64,000 nucleotides of DNA, from assembly GCA_049860595.1 (NCBI GenBank), contig CP187551.1. One strand, 5' to 3'. The DNA is from Methanocaldococcus sp. 16A. Its GTDB lineage: Archaea > AGJL01 > Methanococci > Methanococcales > Methanocaldococcaceae. Below are positions 1 to 10,621 of the stretch, piece after piece. Under the pieces are notes generated by a model, which saw nothing but the letters and a program-made list of their open reading frames with translations, searched no databases and was not told the origin of the DNA. Each line of letters starts with the position of its first letter. The first letter of the stretch is position 1. A program made the translations under genes and the position numbers.

Positions 1-1836
1 AAAGCTTATGAAAATCCTGATGAAATTGATTATGGCTTAGTTGATGCTGGAGAAAGTAGGCATATTGTAGATTGGTATTTTGGTATAAATTTATCAAGGG
101 CGTTAATGAATGCCATAAGAGCAGTGAATAGATGGAAAACAATGAGTATTGGTAGAGTTCAAGGACCTGCATTAGCTTTTTTAACTGAAAGAGAGTTAGA
201 AATTAAAAATTTTATACCTAAACCATATTGGGTTATTGAAGCTTTATTAATAGACAATTTAAAAGCTACACATGAGAAAGATAAATTTTGGGATGAAAAA
301 GAGGCTAAAACTATTTTTGAAAAAATAAAAAATGAAAAATTTGCCAAAGTTGTTGAAATTAAAAAAACTAAAAGAAAATTAAAACCACTCCCTCCTTTTG
401 ACTTAGGAACTTTACAAAGAGAAGCTTACAGTTATTTTAAAATATCACCAAAGGAAACGCAAGAAATTGCTCAAAATCTTTATGAAAAAGCTTTAATCTC
501 ATATCCAAGAACATCCAGCCAAAAACTTCCAAAAGATAGGAAGTATTTGGGAGATATTCTAAATATAATAAAAAATCATCCAGTTTATGGAAAATGGGCA
601 GAGAGGATTTTAGAGGAGAATTTAAAACCTGTTGAAGGAAAAAAAGAAGACCCAGCACATCCTGCAATACACATAGTAGATATTCCAAAAGAAGAGCTTT
701 CAGAGAAAGAGAAGAAGATTTATAATTTAATTGCAAGAAGAACTTTAGCTGCTTTTTGGGATAATGTAGAGAGAGAATATTTAAATGTAAAAATTGATAT
801 AAATGGAGAAAAATTTAAGTTATCTGGCTCAAGGACAGTAAAAGAAGGTTGGCATGAAATTTATTACTTCCCAAAATTTGATGAGATTGAATTGCCTCCA
901 TTAAAGAAAAATGACATAATTAAAGTTGAAAAAATAACAATAACAAGAAAAGAAACTCAACCTCCAAAGAGATATACTGTTGCAAGTATTATTAAGGAAT
1001 TAGAAAAGAGAGGCTTAGGAACAAAGGCTACAAGAGCTGAAATAGTTGATAAACTAATAAAAAGAGGTTATGTTATTGATGAAGGTTCTTTAAAAGTAAC
1101 TGACTTAGGAATTTCAGTAATTGAAACATTAAAAAGATTCTGCCCAGAGATTATTGATGAAAAGATGACGAGGGATTTAGAGGAGAAGTTAGAGAAAATA
1201 CAGTTTAGAAAGATTAAAAAGGATGATGTTTTAGAAGAAGCAGAAAAAAGATTGAGAAAAATATTAGAAGAGTTTAAAAAGAAAGAAGAAGATATTGGAA
1301 TCTACCTTATAAAAAACTTAGATGCTACAAACAAAAAAGCAAAAATCGTTGGAAAATGCCCTAAATGTGGAGGAGATTTAATTTTAATAAGGTATAAAAA
1401 AAGTAGGTTTGTTGGATGCTCTAATTATCCAGAATGTGATGTAAAATATTCACTTCCAGATAAAGGTAGAATAAAGATTCCAAACAAAGTTTGTGAAATC
1501 TGCAAAGCTCCTATTTTAAAAATTGGGGATAGGGAAGTTTGTATTAATCCAGAATGTCCATTAAAACATGTTGAGGTTAAAGAAGAAAATAGAAAATGTC
1601 CAAAATGTGGGGCTAATCTGATTTTAAAGAAGGGAGTTTATGGGGCTTTTTATGGATGCTCAAATTATCCAAAGTGCAAATATACAGAACCAATAAATAA
1701 AAAAGAAGTTGTAGGAAAATGCCCTAAATGTGGAGGAGACTTGATTATTAGAGATGGAAAGTTTGGAAAGTTTATTGGTTGCTCCAACTATCCAAAATGC
1801 ACATATACAGAAAACCTAAAATCAAATGAAAAATAA
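1..1836 (+). CDS. topA: DNA topoisomerase I (type IA), 5'-truncated by window edge
   Basis: Frame open from base 1; SIGRVQ, ISYPRT (catalytic Tyr), AHPAI and GLGTKATRA motifs; C-terminal repeated CPKCG zinc ribbons. Confidence 0.95.
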   Translation, partial: KAYENPDEIDYGLVDAGESRHIVDWYFGINLSRALMNAIRAVNRWKTMSIGRVQGPALAFLTERELEIKNFIPKPYWVIEALLIDNLKATHEKDKFWDEKEAKTIFEKIKNEKFAKVVEIKKTKRKLKPLPPFDLGTLQREAYSYFKISPKETQEIAQNLYEKALISYPRTSSQKLPKDRKYLGDILNIIKNHPVYGKWAERILEENLKPVEGKKEDPAHPAIHIVDIPKEELSEKEKKIYNLIARRTLAAFWDNVEREYLNVKIDINGEKFKLSGSRTVKEGWHEIYYFPKFDEIELPPLKKNDIIKVEKITITRKETQPPKRYTVASIIKELEKRGLGTKATRAEIVDKLIKRGYVIDEGSLKVTDLGISVIETLKRFCPEIIDEKMTRDLEEKLEKIQFRKIKKDDVLEEAEKRLRKILEEFKKKEEDIGIYLIKNLDATNKKAKIVGKCPKCGGDLILIRYKKSRFVGCSNYPECDVKYSLPDKGRIKIPNKVCEICKAPILKIGDREVCINPECPLKHVEVKEENRKCPKCGANLILKKGVYGAFYGCSNYPKCKYTEPINKKEVVGKCPKCGGDLIIRDGKFGKFIGCSNYPKCTYTENLKSNEK

Positions 1837-1854
1837 AAATATGGTGAATTAGCC

Positions 1855-3012
1855 ATGACAACAAAGCTATATGTTGATTTTGGAGGATATTCAGCAATAG
1901 AAAAAGGAAATCTAATTATTCCAGGGGAGAATATCTTAAATAAAGAAGATTTTGATAAGATAGAAATTGGAGAAGTCGTAGATATCTACTCAAAGAGAGG
2001 GAAATTTTTAGGAAGAGGTTTTAAAAATCCAAGAGAAATAAGAATAATGACCTTGAGAAAAGAAGATTTAGATGAAAACTACCTAAAAGAAAAAATAATT
2101 AAAGCAAATGAATATAGGTTAAAATTAGGGTTTAAAGATACTTATAGAATGGTTTATACTCAATCTGATTGGTTAAATGGTTTGGTTATTGATAAATACA
2201 ACGACATAGCCACAGTTCAAATATTTAACTACGGTATTGAGAAGATGAAGGATGTTGTTGTTGAAACACTTTTAGATTTAGGGATAGACAGCATATATGA
2301 AAAAAGTTCTGGAAGGAATAGGAAAAGAGCAGGATTGCCAGAGGTTGAGGGGATATTAGCTGGAGAGAAAACAGAAACAATTATTAAAGAAGGAGATGCA
2401 AAATTTAAAGTTACCTTTGATGGACAAAAAACAGGCTTTTTCTTAGATCAAAGGGAAAATAGGTTAGAGGTAGAGAAATTTGTAAAAGAAGGGGATAGAG
2501 TTTTAGATATTTGCTGTTACACTGGAGGATTTTCAGTTCATTGTGCTATAAAAGGGGCTGAGGTCGTTGGAGTAGATTTGTCTAAAAAGGCTTTAAAATT
2601 AGCAGAGGAAAATATGGAACTAAACAATATTCCAAAGAATAAGTATGAGTTTATTGAAGGGAATGCATTTAAGGTTATGGAAGAGTTTATAGAAGATGGA
2701 GAGAAATTTGATATAGTAATTTTAGACCCCCCAGCATTTGCTCAATCAAAAAAAGCATTGAAAGATGCTATTAGAGGATATCACATGCTAAACAGATTTG
2801 GAGCTAAATTGGCTGATAGGTTATTAGTTACATGTTCATGCTCTCAACCTGTGGAACCAGATGCTTTTAAAGCTTTGGTTATAGATGCATGTTTAAAGGC
2901 AAAAAAATGGGCTAAGATTATAAAGTACGGCTCACAAAGTCCAGACCATCCAATAACTTCTAAAGGAACCGAGTATCTAAAATGTCTATTTTTAAGCGTA
3001 GAGGAAATTTAA
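1855..3012 (+). CDS. RlmI-like class I SAM-dependent rRNA m5C methyltransferase with N-terminal PUA-like domain
   Basis: GQKTGFFLDQRENR, VLDICCYTGGFS, DPPAF, TCSCS, DHP...EYLK motifs. Confidence 0.9.
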   Translation: MTTKLYVDFGGYSAIEKGNLIIPGENILNKEDFDKIEIGEVVDIYSKRGKFLGRGFKNPREIRIMTLRKEDLDENYLKEKIIKANEYRLKLGFKDTYRMVYTQSDWLNGLVIDKYNDIATVQIFNYGIEKMKDVVVETLLDLGIDSIYEKSSGRNRKRAGLPEVEGILAGEKTETIIKEGDAKFKVTFDGQKTGFFLDQRENRLEVEKFVKEGDRVLDICCYTGGFSVHCAIKGAEVVGVDLSKKALKLAEENMELNNIPKNKYEFIEGNAFKVMEEFIEDGEKFDIVILDPPAFAQSKKALKDAIRGYHMLNRFGAKLADRLLVTCSCSQPVEPDAFKALVIDACLKAKKWAKIIKYGSQSPDHPITSKGTEYLKCLFLSVEEI

Positions 3013-3027
3013 TTTTTTGGTGAAATT

Positions 3028-3612
3028 ATGAGATATGTTGCTTATAAAATTTATCCAGAAGAGTTTTTAAATAATGAAGTAATTGATAATGCTTTAATTA
3101 TAGAGGGGAGAAAAGTTAGAAGAGTTAGGATTTTAGGAAAAGTTGAAAGTATAAACGTTGGAAATATCATATCTTTTTATGTAGAAGGCGTTAATGTTAG
3201 ATACTTTGAAGAAAAGCCAGTTTATATTGAAGAAGGAGATATAGTAGATGTTATTGGAAGACCAAGAACCTACGATGGAGAAAAATATATTATGGCTGAA
3301 ATTATTAGAAAGAGAGATGAAAGATGGATAAAGCTTAGAGATTTAGAAATTAAAAAGACAAGAAAATACTTATTAAAAAATGCTGAACCATTTGAAGAAG
3401 ATTTAGAGGAAGAGATATACACTGAGATTTTAAATCCTGATGTCATAAAAGATAAAATTTTAGCTCTTATTGATAAATTTGGTGAAATCACATTTGAAGA
3501 ACTCGCTGGAATGGTTAGTATTCCAGAAGAGGATTTAGAAAAGTATTTATCTGAGTTAAAAAACTCTGGAGATATATTTGAACCAAGCTCTGGTGTTTAT
3601 AAAACATTATAA
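3028..3612 (+). CDS. OB-fold nucleic-acid-binding protein with C-terminal winged helix (RPA32-like)
   Basis: VRRVRILGKV...GDIVDVIGRPRTY OB fold; C-terminal wHTH ending GDIFEP. Confidence 0.7.
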   Translation: MRYVAYKIYPEEFLNNEVIDNALIIEGRKVRRVRILGKVESINVGNIISFYVEGVNVRYFEEKPVYIEEGDIVDVIGRPRTYDGEKYIMAEIIRKRDERWIKLRDLEIKKTRKYLLKNAEPFEEDLEEEIYTEILNPDVIKDKILALIDKFGEITFEELAGMVSIPEEDLEKYLSELKNSGDIFEPSSGVYKTL

Positions 3613-3625
3613 ATTCCATTTATAT

Positions 3626-3721
3626 TATAGGACTTTCACAGTTTATATAATTAATAAGGAAAAAATGACGCCAAGGGCATTAAATCTACCTTTTAATATT
3701 TATCCCTGCGAAAGTTCTATA
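3626..3721 (-). repeat. Palindromic MITE-like repeat, family A (TIR TAGGACTTTCGCA)
   Basis: tataggactttcaca...tgcgaaagttctata; its reverse complement aligns along its length with 26809-26904. Confidence 0.85.
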
Positions 3722-3744
3722 TTAATAAACTTGGAGGTGGAATA

Positions 3745-4296
3745 TTGTTATTAGAAGAAACATTAAAATCATGCCCAATTGTTAAAAGAGGAGAGTATCA
3801 TTATTTTATACACCCAATAAGTGATGGAGTACCAGTTGTTAAACCAGAGTTGTTGAGAGAAGTAGCAACAAGAATAATAAAGATAGGAGACTTTGAAGGA
3901 GCTACCAAATTAGTTACTGCTGAGGCTATGGGAATTCCTTTGGTAACAACTCTCTCGCTATATACAGATATCCCTTATGTAATTATGAGAAAGAGAGAAT
4001 ACAAATTACCAGGAGAAATTCCTGTCTTTCAAACAACTGGTTATAGTAAAGGGCAACTCTATTTAAATGGAATAGAAAAAGGAGATAAGGTTGTTATTAT
4101 AGATGATGTTATCTCAACTGGAGGTACAATGATAGCTGTAATTGAAGCATTAAAAAGAGCTGGAGCTGAAATAAAAGACATTATCTGTGTTATTGAAAGA
4201 GGAGAAGGAAAGAAGATAGTTGAGGAAAAAACAGGATATAAAATTAAAACCTTAGTTAAAATTGATGTTGTTGATGGAAAAGTTGTAATTTTGTAA
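3745..4296 (+). CDS. hpt: Hypoxanthine/guanine phosphoribosyltransferase
   Basis: [28 protein letters not shown]-binding loop; TTG start after GGAGG. Confidence 0.85.
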   Translation: MLLEETLKSCPIVKRGEYHYFIHPISDGVPVVKPELLREVATRIIKIGDFEGATKLVTAEAMGIPLVTTLSLYTDIPYVIMRKREYKLPGEIPVFQTTGYSKGQLYLNGIEKGDKVVIIDDVISTGGTMIAVIEALKRAGAEIKDIICVIERGEGKKIVEEKTGYKIKTLVKIDVVDGKVVIL

Positions 4297-4318
4297 TTAA
4301 TTTAATGACGGTGGTTGA

Positions 4319-4942
4319 ATGGACATAAGAGAAATTAAACCAACAAAAATTATCTGTGTTGGTTTAAACTACATAGACCATGCAAAAGAGCTAAATATGG
4401 AAATTCCTGAACATCCAATAATATTTTTAAAACCTACTTCTGCAATCATTTATAATGAAGACTACATCATAAAACCAAAAATCTCTAAGAGAGTTGATTA
4501 TGAAGTTGAATTAGCTATTGTTATAGGAAAAAAAGGAAAGAATATTAAAAAAGAAGAAGCTGATGATTATATAATGGGATACACAATTTTAAATGATGTA
4601 ACAGCAAGAGATTTACAGCAGAAAGATGGGCAATGGACAAGGGCTAAATCATTCGATACATTTTGCCCAATAGGACCAAAAATAGTTAAAGACATAGACC
4701 CAATGAACTTAGATATTGAGTGTAGAGTTAATAATAAAGTAAGACAAAAATCAAATACAAAAAATATGATTTTTGATGTTTATGAGTTGGTTGAATTTAT
4801 CTCTTCAATAATGACACTATATCCTGGAGATATTATTTCAACTGGTACACCTCCAGGTGTAGGTGAATTGAAGGCTGGAGATGTTGTAGAATGTGAGATT
4901 GAAGGTATTGGAATTTTAAGAAATTATGTTAAAGATGAATAA
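4319..4942 (+). CDS. Fumarylacetoacetate hydrolase family protein
   Basis: [40 protein letters not shown]. Confidence 0.9.
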   Translation: MDIREIKPTKIICVGLNYIDHAKELNMEIPEHPIIFLKPTSAIIYNEDYIIKPKISKRVDYEVELAIVIGKKGKNIKKEEADDYIMGYTILNDVTARDLQQKDGQWTRAKSFDTFCPIGPKIVKDIDPMNLDIECRVNNKVRQKSNTKNMIFDVYELVEFISSIMTLYPGDIISTGTPPGVGELKAGDVVECEIEGIGILRNYVKDE

Positions 4943-5029
4943 AGTTGTGTGCAAAAGCTACTTATTTTCAAAAATTTTCTATTTTTTTATTTATTTTTGT
5001 TTTACAAAATAATTTAATGGTGATGTCCA

Positions 5030-6028
5030 TTGTTCTCTATTCCACATCCAGGAAATTTTGAATCATTAAAAATTATTGTAGATGAGATTAATAAACATAG
5101 AAGAATAAATAAAAAACTAAAAAAGGAAAGTTTTGAGGTTTATATGGGATTTCCAGAGTTTATAGGAACTGGAAGAGCAACTTTATACAAACCAAATTTC
5201 GAAGATTTAGCTAAGCAAGTTAATTATGCAAAGAAAAACAACATCAGATTTGAGGTAGTTATAAACGCTTCCTGCATTGGTGGAATACACTTAACACCAA
5301 AAGGCATCAGTTATATAAATTGGATATTTAACCAATTAAAAAACATAGGTGTTGATAGTGTTGCCTTATCAGACCCTTATTTAATTGATTTAGCCAAAAG
5401 TAATGGATTGGATGTTAATGTCTCATGTATTGCCTTAGTTGATAGTTTAGATAAAGCACTATTTTGGGATGAAAAAGAGGTTTATGCAATAACCTTAGAC
5501 AGCTCAATAAATAGACACTTTGATATAATACATGAGATTAAAGAGAATGTTAGCTGTAAGTTAAAAATTTTAGTTAATGAATCCTGCTTATACAAATGCC
5601 CTATGAGGATTCAGCATTTTAATTTCTTTTCTCATGCAAATACTCAAAATGTTCCTGCTTTGGATGATTATTATTATAACAAATGCATAAATCTAAGAAT
5701 TAAGAAAAAAGAGTTAATAATAAAAAGTCCTTTCATAAGACCAGAGGATTTGAAATATTATAGAGGTTTAGTTGATATATTCAAAATTTCTGGAAGAAGT
5801 CATCCAATTGGATGGATAAAGAGAGCTCTAAATGCTTATTTAAATGAAAAATGGGATGGAAATTTAATGGAGTTATTGGATTGCCCAAGAGAGTTGGAGC
5901 ATTTTTATTATTTAGATAATAGAGCTTTAGATGGAGCTATAGAATATTGGAAATCATGCAATAAATTATGTAGTAAATGCAATTTCTGTAAAGAGTTGGC
6001 AGAGAAAGCCTTAAAGGTGAAAACTTGA
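5030..6028 (+). CDS. Peptidase U32 family (Fe-S hydroxylase-like) protein
   Basis: DSVALSDPYLI, NESCLYKCP, C...FKISGRS; C-terminal CxxxCxxCxxC. Confidence 0.75.
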   Translation: MFSIPHPGNFESLKIIVDEINKHRRINKKLKKESFEVYMGFPEFIGTGRATLYKPNFEDLAKQVNYAKKNNIRFEVVINASCIGGIHLTPKGISYINWIFNQLKNIGVDSVALSDPYLIDLAKSNGLDVNVSCIALVDSLDKALFWDEKEVYAITLDSSINRHFDIIHEIKENVSCKLKILVNESCLYKCPMRIQHFNFFSHANTQNVPALDDYYYNKCINLRIKKKELIIKSPFIRPEDLKYYRGLVDIFKISGRSHPIGWIKRALNAYLNEKWDGNLMELLDCPRELEHFYYLDNRALDGAIEYWKSCNKLCSKCNFCKELAEKALKVKT

Positions 6029-6384
6029 AAAATAAAATTTTAAAGGATAGAGAAGATATTGAGAAGTTTTTTATAAAGCTTTTAGGTAGAGAAATCTTTA
6101 TTTCAGAAATGGATGTTTTTGCTTCAAGATGCTCTTGTGTAGGGATAATGATAACTGTTAGGGGGCTTTTTATTGATGATGTTGAAATATTTAAAGAAAA
6201 GATTTTAAATAAATTGGAGGAGTTAGCTAAAAATTATGATATAAATGCTGATTGGATATTTGTTAGAGTGTTGCCAGGAAGTGATGATGTAATAAATATT
6301 GGAATTAGAGAGCTTTGTAATATTTGTAAGGAAGAGTATAAATTCAAAAAGCCAAGACCTGATTTAATTAGCTTAAAATTTTAG
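6025..6384 (+). CDS. Small Cys-containing conserved methanogen protein
   Basis: 4-bp overlap with U32 gene; RCSC and CxxC motifs. Confidence 0.6.
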   Translation: MKNKILKDREDIEKFFIKLLGREIFISEMDVFASRCSCVGIMITVRGLFIDDVEIFKEKILNKLEELAKNYDINADWIFVRVLPGSDDVINIGIRELCNICKEEYKFKKPRPDLISLKF

Positions 6385-6425
6385 ATTTAAGAGATTTTGT
6401 ATAACCAAAATTAAGGGATGATAAA

Positions 6426-8045
6426 ATGAGATTTGATATAAAAAAGGTTTTAGATTTAGCGGAGAAAGATTTTGAAAAGGCTTGGAGAGAGACAAAGGCA
6501 TTAATTAAAGATAAGCATATAGATGAGAGATATCCAAGAGCAAAACCGATGTATGGAAAACCTCATCCTGTAATGGAAACAATAGAAAAATTAAGGCAGG
6601 CATATTTAAGAATGGGATTTGAAGAGATGCTTAATCCAGTCATTGTTGATGAATCAGAGATTTATAAGCAATTTGGGCCAGAGGCAATGGCTGTTTTAGA
6701 TAGGTGTTTTTACTTAGCTGGATTGCCAAGACCTGATGTTGGTTTAGGTAATGATAAAGTTGAAATTATAAAGAAATTAGGTATAGATATAGATGAAGAA
6801 AAGAAAGAAAGTTTAAGGGAGGTTCTTCACTTATATAAGAAAGGAGCCATAGATGGGGATGATTTGGTTTTTGAGATTGCTAAGGCGTTAGATGTAAGTA
6901 ATGAGATGGGTTTGAAGGTTTTAGAAACTGCATTTCCTGAATTTAAGGATTTAAAACCAGAGGCATCAACCTTAACTTTAAGAAGTCATATGACCTCTGG
7001 ATGGTTTATAACTCTAAGCCATCTAATAAAAAAGAGAAAACTGCCTTTAAAACTATTCTCTATAGATAGATGCTTCAGGAGAGAGCAGAGAGAGGATAGA
7101 AGCCATTTAATGACTTACCACTCCGCTTCATGTGTTGTTGTTGGTGAAGATGTTAGTGTAGATGATGGGAAAATCGTTGCCGAGGGGTTGTTAGAGCAGT
7201 TTGGATTTACAAAATTTAAGTTCAAGCCAGATGAGAAAAAGAGTAAATACTATACTCCAGAGACACAAACAGAGGTTTATGCATATCATCCAAAATTAGG
7301 AGAGTGGATTGAAGTAGCAACTTTTGGAGTTTATTCACCAATTGCCTTAGCTAAATACAACATTGATGTGCCAGTTATGAACCTTGGGTTGGGAGTTGAG
7401 AGATTGGCAATGATTATTTACGGCTATGAAGATGTTAGGGCAATGGTTTATCCTCAATTTTATGAATATAAGCTTAGTGATAGAGATATAGCTGGAATGA
7501 TTAAGATAGATAAAGTTCCTATATTAGATGAGCTCTATAATTTTGCTAATGAGCTTATTGATATTTGTATAGCCAACAAAGATAAGGAAAGCCCATGTTC
7601 TATTGAAGTTAAAAAAGAGTTTAACTTTAATGGAGAGAAAAAAATAATTAAAGTTGAAATATTTGAGAATGAACCAAATAAAAAGCTTTTAGGACCTTCA
7701 GTATTAAATGAAGTCTATGTCTATGATGGAAATATCTATGGTATTCCACCAACATTTGAAGGAGTTAAAGAGCAGTATATCCCAATTTTAAAGAAAGCTA
7801 AGGAAGAAGGGGTTTCTACAAACATTAGATACATAGATGGAATTATCTACAAATTGGTTGCTAAGATTGAAGAAGCTTTAGTTTCTAATGTAGATGAATT
7901 TAAGTTCAGAGTTCCAATAGTTAGGAGTTTAAGTGATATAAACTTAAAAGTTGATGAGTTGGCTTTAAAACAGATAATGGGAGAAAACAAAGTTATAGAT
8001 GTTAGGGGGCCGGTGTTTTTAAATGTAAAAGTTGAAATAAAATAA
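6426..8045 (+). CDS. sepS: O-phosphoserine--tRNA(Cys) ligase
   Basis: LRSHMTSGWF, FSIDRCFRREQ, EVATFG, MNLGLGVERLAM. Confidence 0.96.
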   Translation: MRFDIKKVLDLAEKDFEKAWRETKALIKDKHIDERYPRAKPMYGKPHPVMETIEKLRQAYLRMGFEEMLNPVIVDESEIYKQFGPEAMAVLDRCFYLAGLPRPDVGLGNDKVEIIKKLGIDIDEEKKESLREVLHLYKKGAIDGDDLVFEIAKALDVSNEMGLKVLETAFPEFKDLKPEASTLTLRSHMTSGWFITLSHLIKKRKLPLKLFSIDRCFRREQREDRSHLMTYHSASCVVVGEDVSVDDGKIVAEGLLEQFGFTKFKFKPDEKKSKYYTPETQTEVYAYHPKLGEWIEVATFGVYSPIALAKYNIDVPVMNLGLGVERLAMIIYGYEDVRAMVYPQFYEYKLSDRDIAGMIKIDKVPILDELYNFANELIDICIANKDKESPCSIEVKKEFNFNGEKKIIKVEIFENEPNKKLLGPSVLNEVYVYDGNIYGIPPTFEGVKEQYIPILKKAKEEGVSTNIRYIDGIIYKLVAKIEEALVSNVDEFKFRVPIVRSLSDINLKVDELALKQIMGENKVIDVRGPVFLNVKVEIK

Positions 8046-8067
8046 AAAATATTTTTTTGGTGAAAAA

Positions 8068-8829
8068 ATGGATATAATAACTTTAACAACAGATTTTGGA
8101 AATTGTGAGGGATATGTTGGGGCAATGAAAGGTAGGATTTTAGATATTTTAAAAAAACATAATAAAGATGCAAAAATAGTTGATATTTGCCATGAAATAA
8201 AGCCGTTCAATATCTACCATGGAGCTTATATATTACTAACTGCTATTCCATATTTTCCACCATCGGTTCATGTTGCAGTTATAGACCCAACAGTTGGTAG
8301 TGAAAGGAATTCAATAGTCATTGAAACAAAAAATGGACATTATTTAGTTGGGCCTGATAATGGATTATTCACATATGTGTCTGAAAAATTAGGAATAAAA
8401 AAAATTATTAAAATTGATGAGAGCAAATATAAACCATCTTCAACATTTCATGGGAGAGATGTGTATGCAGTTGTAGGGGCTGAGATTTTAATTAATAACG
8501 GCTATGATGGAGAGGAGCTGAGTGATATAGTTAAATTAAATACTGAAAAAAAGAGAGTTATACACATAGATAGATTTGGAAATATAATAACCAATATTAG
8601 AGCTGATGAAATAGATTTTGATATTTATGATGAGGTTTTAATTAAAATAAAAACAAAAAATGGAGATAAAGTAATTAAATGTAAGTTTGTTAAATCATAC
8701 TTTGAAGGGGGAACTAACTTTATATGTTTAATAAATAGTGAAGGATTCTTAGAAATATCTAAGTTTATGGACAATGCCTCAAAGTTGTTAGGTGTTGATT
8801 ATTTGGATGAGATTGAGATTGTTGAATAA
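8068..8829 (+). CDS. SAM hydroxide adenosyltransferase (DUF62, chlorinase/fluorinase family)
   Basis: ITLTTDFG, VIDPTVGS, GPDNG, STFHGRDVYA, HIDRFGN. Confidence 0.9.
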   Translation: MDIITLTTDFGNCEGYVGAMKGRILDILKKHNKDAKIVDICHEIKPFNIYHGAYILLTAIPYFPPSVHVAVIDPTVGSERNSIVIETKNGHYLVGPDNGLFTYVSEKLGIKKIIKIDESKYKPSSTFHGRDVYAVVGAEILINNGYDGEELSDIVKLNTEKKRVIHIDRFGNIITNIRADEIDFDIYDEVLIKIKTKNGDKVIKCKFVKSYFEGGTNFICLINSEGFLEISKFMDNASKLLGVDYLDEIEIVE

Positions 8830-8830
8830 T

Positions 8831-9421
8831 TTAGAGTTTGCTTTTAGCATATAGATTCCCAAAGTAATATGCATAAACTAATTGAACATAAAATCCTAAA
8901 ATTGCTCCTATTATCCAACCTATTATTGGAATCATTGATATAACTCCAACTATTAAATACAAAACTATTAACACAATATAGCAAATAATATATTCCCCGA
9001 TAACTGATTTTATCCTACTGATTATTTCACCAAACTCAAATGCAGCTCCAAAACTATCTTTAGCTACATAATTTGCAAGAGCCATTGGAATTATAAATCC
9101 AGATATTATTATTAATATAAATCCAATTATTAATCCTACCGTTTTATTCACAAACATTAATGCCAACATAATAATCGATGGAATGATTAAATATGTCATT
9201 GATATTACTGCTCCCACCAAACCTTTTACAAATTTAGAACCGAACTCATCCCATTCTGGAAGGGTTTGATTTTTATTTGTAATTAACTTCATTGTTTCTA
9301 AGGCATAACCAAAGCTTATAAAATTTACAATTGGGACAATATTTAATAACCCCCCAATAAGGACTTTTTTAGTCCAATCTTTATCTTTCATAGGAAATTT
9401 TAATCCTTCTGAAATATCCAT
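8831..9421 (-). CDS. DUF4013-like membrane protein
   Basis: W.KVLIGGLL..VP.VNF...GY, LPEWD; several hydrophobic helices. Confidence 0.75.
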   Translation of the reverse strand: MDISEGLKFPMKDKDWTKKVLIGGLLNIVPIVNFISFGYALETMKLITNKNQTLPEWDEFGSKFVKGLVGAVISMTYLIIPSIIMLALMFVNKTVGLIIGFILIIISGFIIPMALANYVAKDSFGAAFEFGEIISRIKSVIGEYIICYIVLIVLYLIVGVISMIPIIGWIIGAILGFYVQLVYAYYFGNLYAKSKL

Positions 9422-9494
9422 TTTTTCACCTTTAATATTCTACAATATATAACTTAATTTTAATATTTATATAAGTTATGTTCGAGGTGAGATT

Positions 9495-10604
9495 ATGAAG
9501 ATTAGAGGATTCTGTTACAGATGTGGAGCAGAGGATGAGCTTATAGAGGGGCTTTGTCCTATTTGCTATGCTCAAGAACATCCACTAATTGAAGTTCCAG
9601 AGAGAGTTGAGATAGAAGTTTGCCATATGTGTGGCTCTTACAAAAGAAAGATATGGCAAACACCTAAGAGTGAAGAAGCATTTGAGATATTAAATGAAAT
9701 TGCATATTACGCAACAAAAGATGCTATTAAAAAGAAAAGTGTTATGGTAGATGTTGAGATTTACCCTGAAGTTACCCAACTTCCTGGAGGGAAGAGAAGT
9801 AAGTTAATTATCCCAGTTCATATTGTAGCTAAGGGAAGATTGCCAGGAGAGAATGAAGATAGAGTCTATGAAAAAAATGTTGAAGTGCATTTAAGGATGG
9901 TTCAATGTCCAAGATGCTCAAGATTCATGTCCAACTATTATGAAGCAACATTACAAGTTAGAGCTATGAATAGATATTTAACTGAAGAAGAAAGAGAAGA
10001 GTTAGATAACTTTGTTAGAGAAGAGTTAGCTAAAAGACTAAAAAAAGACAGAATGGCATTTATAGCAAAATTCATTCCACAAAAAGAGGGATTAGATTAT
10101 CAGCTTGGTTCAGTTGGAGCTGCAAGAAATGTTGCTCAAAAAATTAAAGAAAGATATGGAGGAAAGATTACAGAGACAGCAACATTAGTTGGAGTTGATA
10201 GAGATAGTGGAAAAGAGCTTTATAGAGTTACAGTTTCTGTAAGGATTCCTGAATATAAAGTTGGAGATGTGGTTGAATATAACGATAAATACTACTTGGT
10301 TACAGCAATAACTGAAGATAAGGTTTATATGAAATCTATCGATTATAAAAGAGAAAAAATCGGATTAGCTTGGCATATTGCAGAGAAGGAAACAAAAATG
10401 GCAAAAAAGAAGGATGAATTAGATACAGCAACAGTTATAGCAACTACACCAAACATTATGGTTATGGATGATAAAAGCTATGAAGTTTATGAGTTTGATA
10501 ATATTGAAGATGTAGAGATTAAAGAGGGGGATAAAGTTAAGATATTTAAAAAAGATGGAGTTTTCTATTTAGTAAATAAAGTAGAAGAAAAGAATAAACA
10601 ATAA
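9495..10604 (+). CDS. NMD3 family ribosome biogenesis protein
   Basis: FCYRCG...[29 protein letters not shown]. Confidence 0.9.
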   Translation: MKIRGFCYRCGAEDELIEGLCPICYAQEHPLIEVPERVEIEVCHMCGSYKRKIWQTPKSEEAFEILNEIAYYATKDAIKKKSVMVDVEIYPEVTQLPGGKRSKLIIPVHIVAKGRLPGENEDRVYEKNVEVHLRMVQCPRCSRFMSNYYEATLQVRAMNRYLTEEEREELDNFVREELAKRLKKDRMAFIAKFIPQKEGLDYQLGSVGAARNVAQKIKERYGGKITETATLVGVDRDSGKELYRVTVSVRIPEYKVGDVVEYNDKYYLVTAITEDKVYMKSIDYKREKIGLAWHIAEKETKMAKKKDELDTATVIATTPNIMVMDDKSYEVYEFDNIEDVEIKEGDKVKIFKKDGVFYLVNKVEEKNKQ

Positions 10605-10621
10605 ATGGTTTGGTGGAAGTG

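Noticed and set aside
1345-1810. Direct repeats ggaaaatgccctaaatgtggaggaga in topA
   Set aside because: Ordinary tandem zinc-ribbon domains of type IA topoisomerase
4943-5010. GTTGTGTGCAAAAG resembling one family B terminus
   Set aside because: No matching second arm; too short to call
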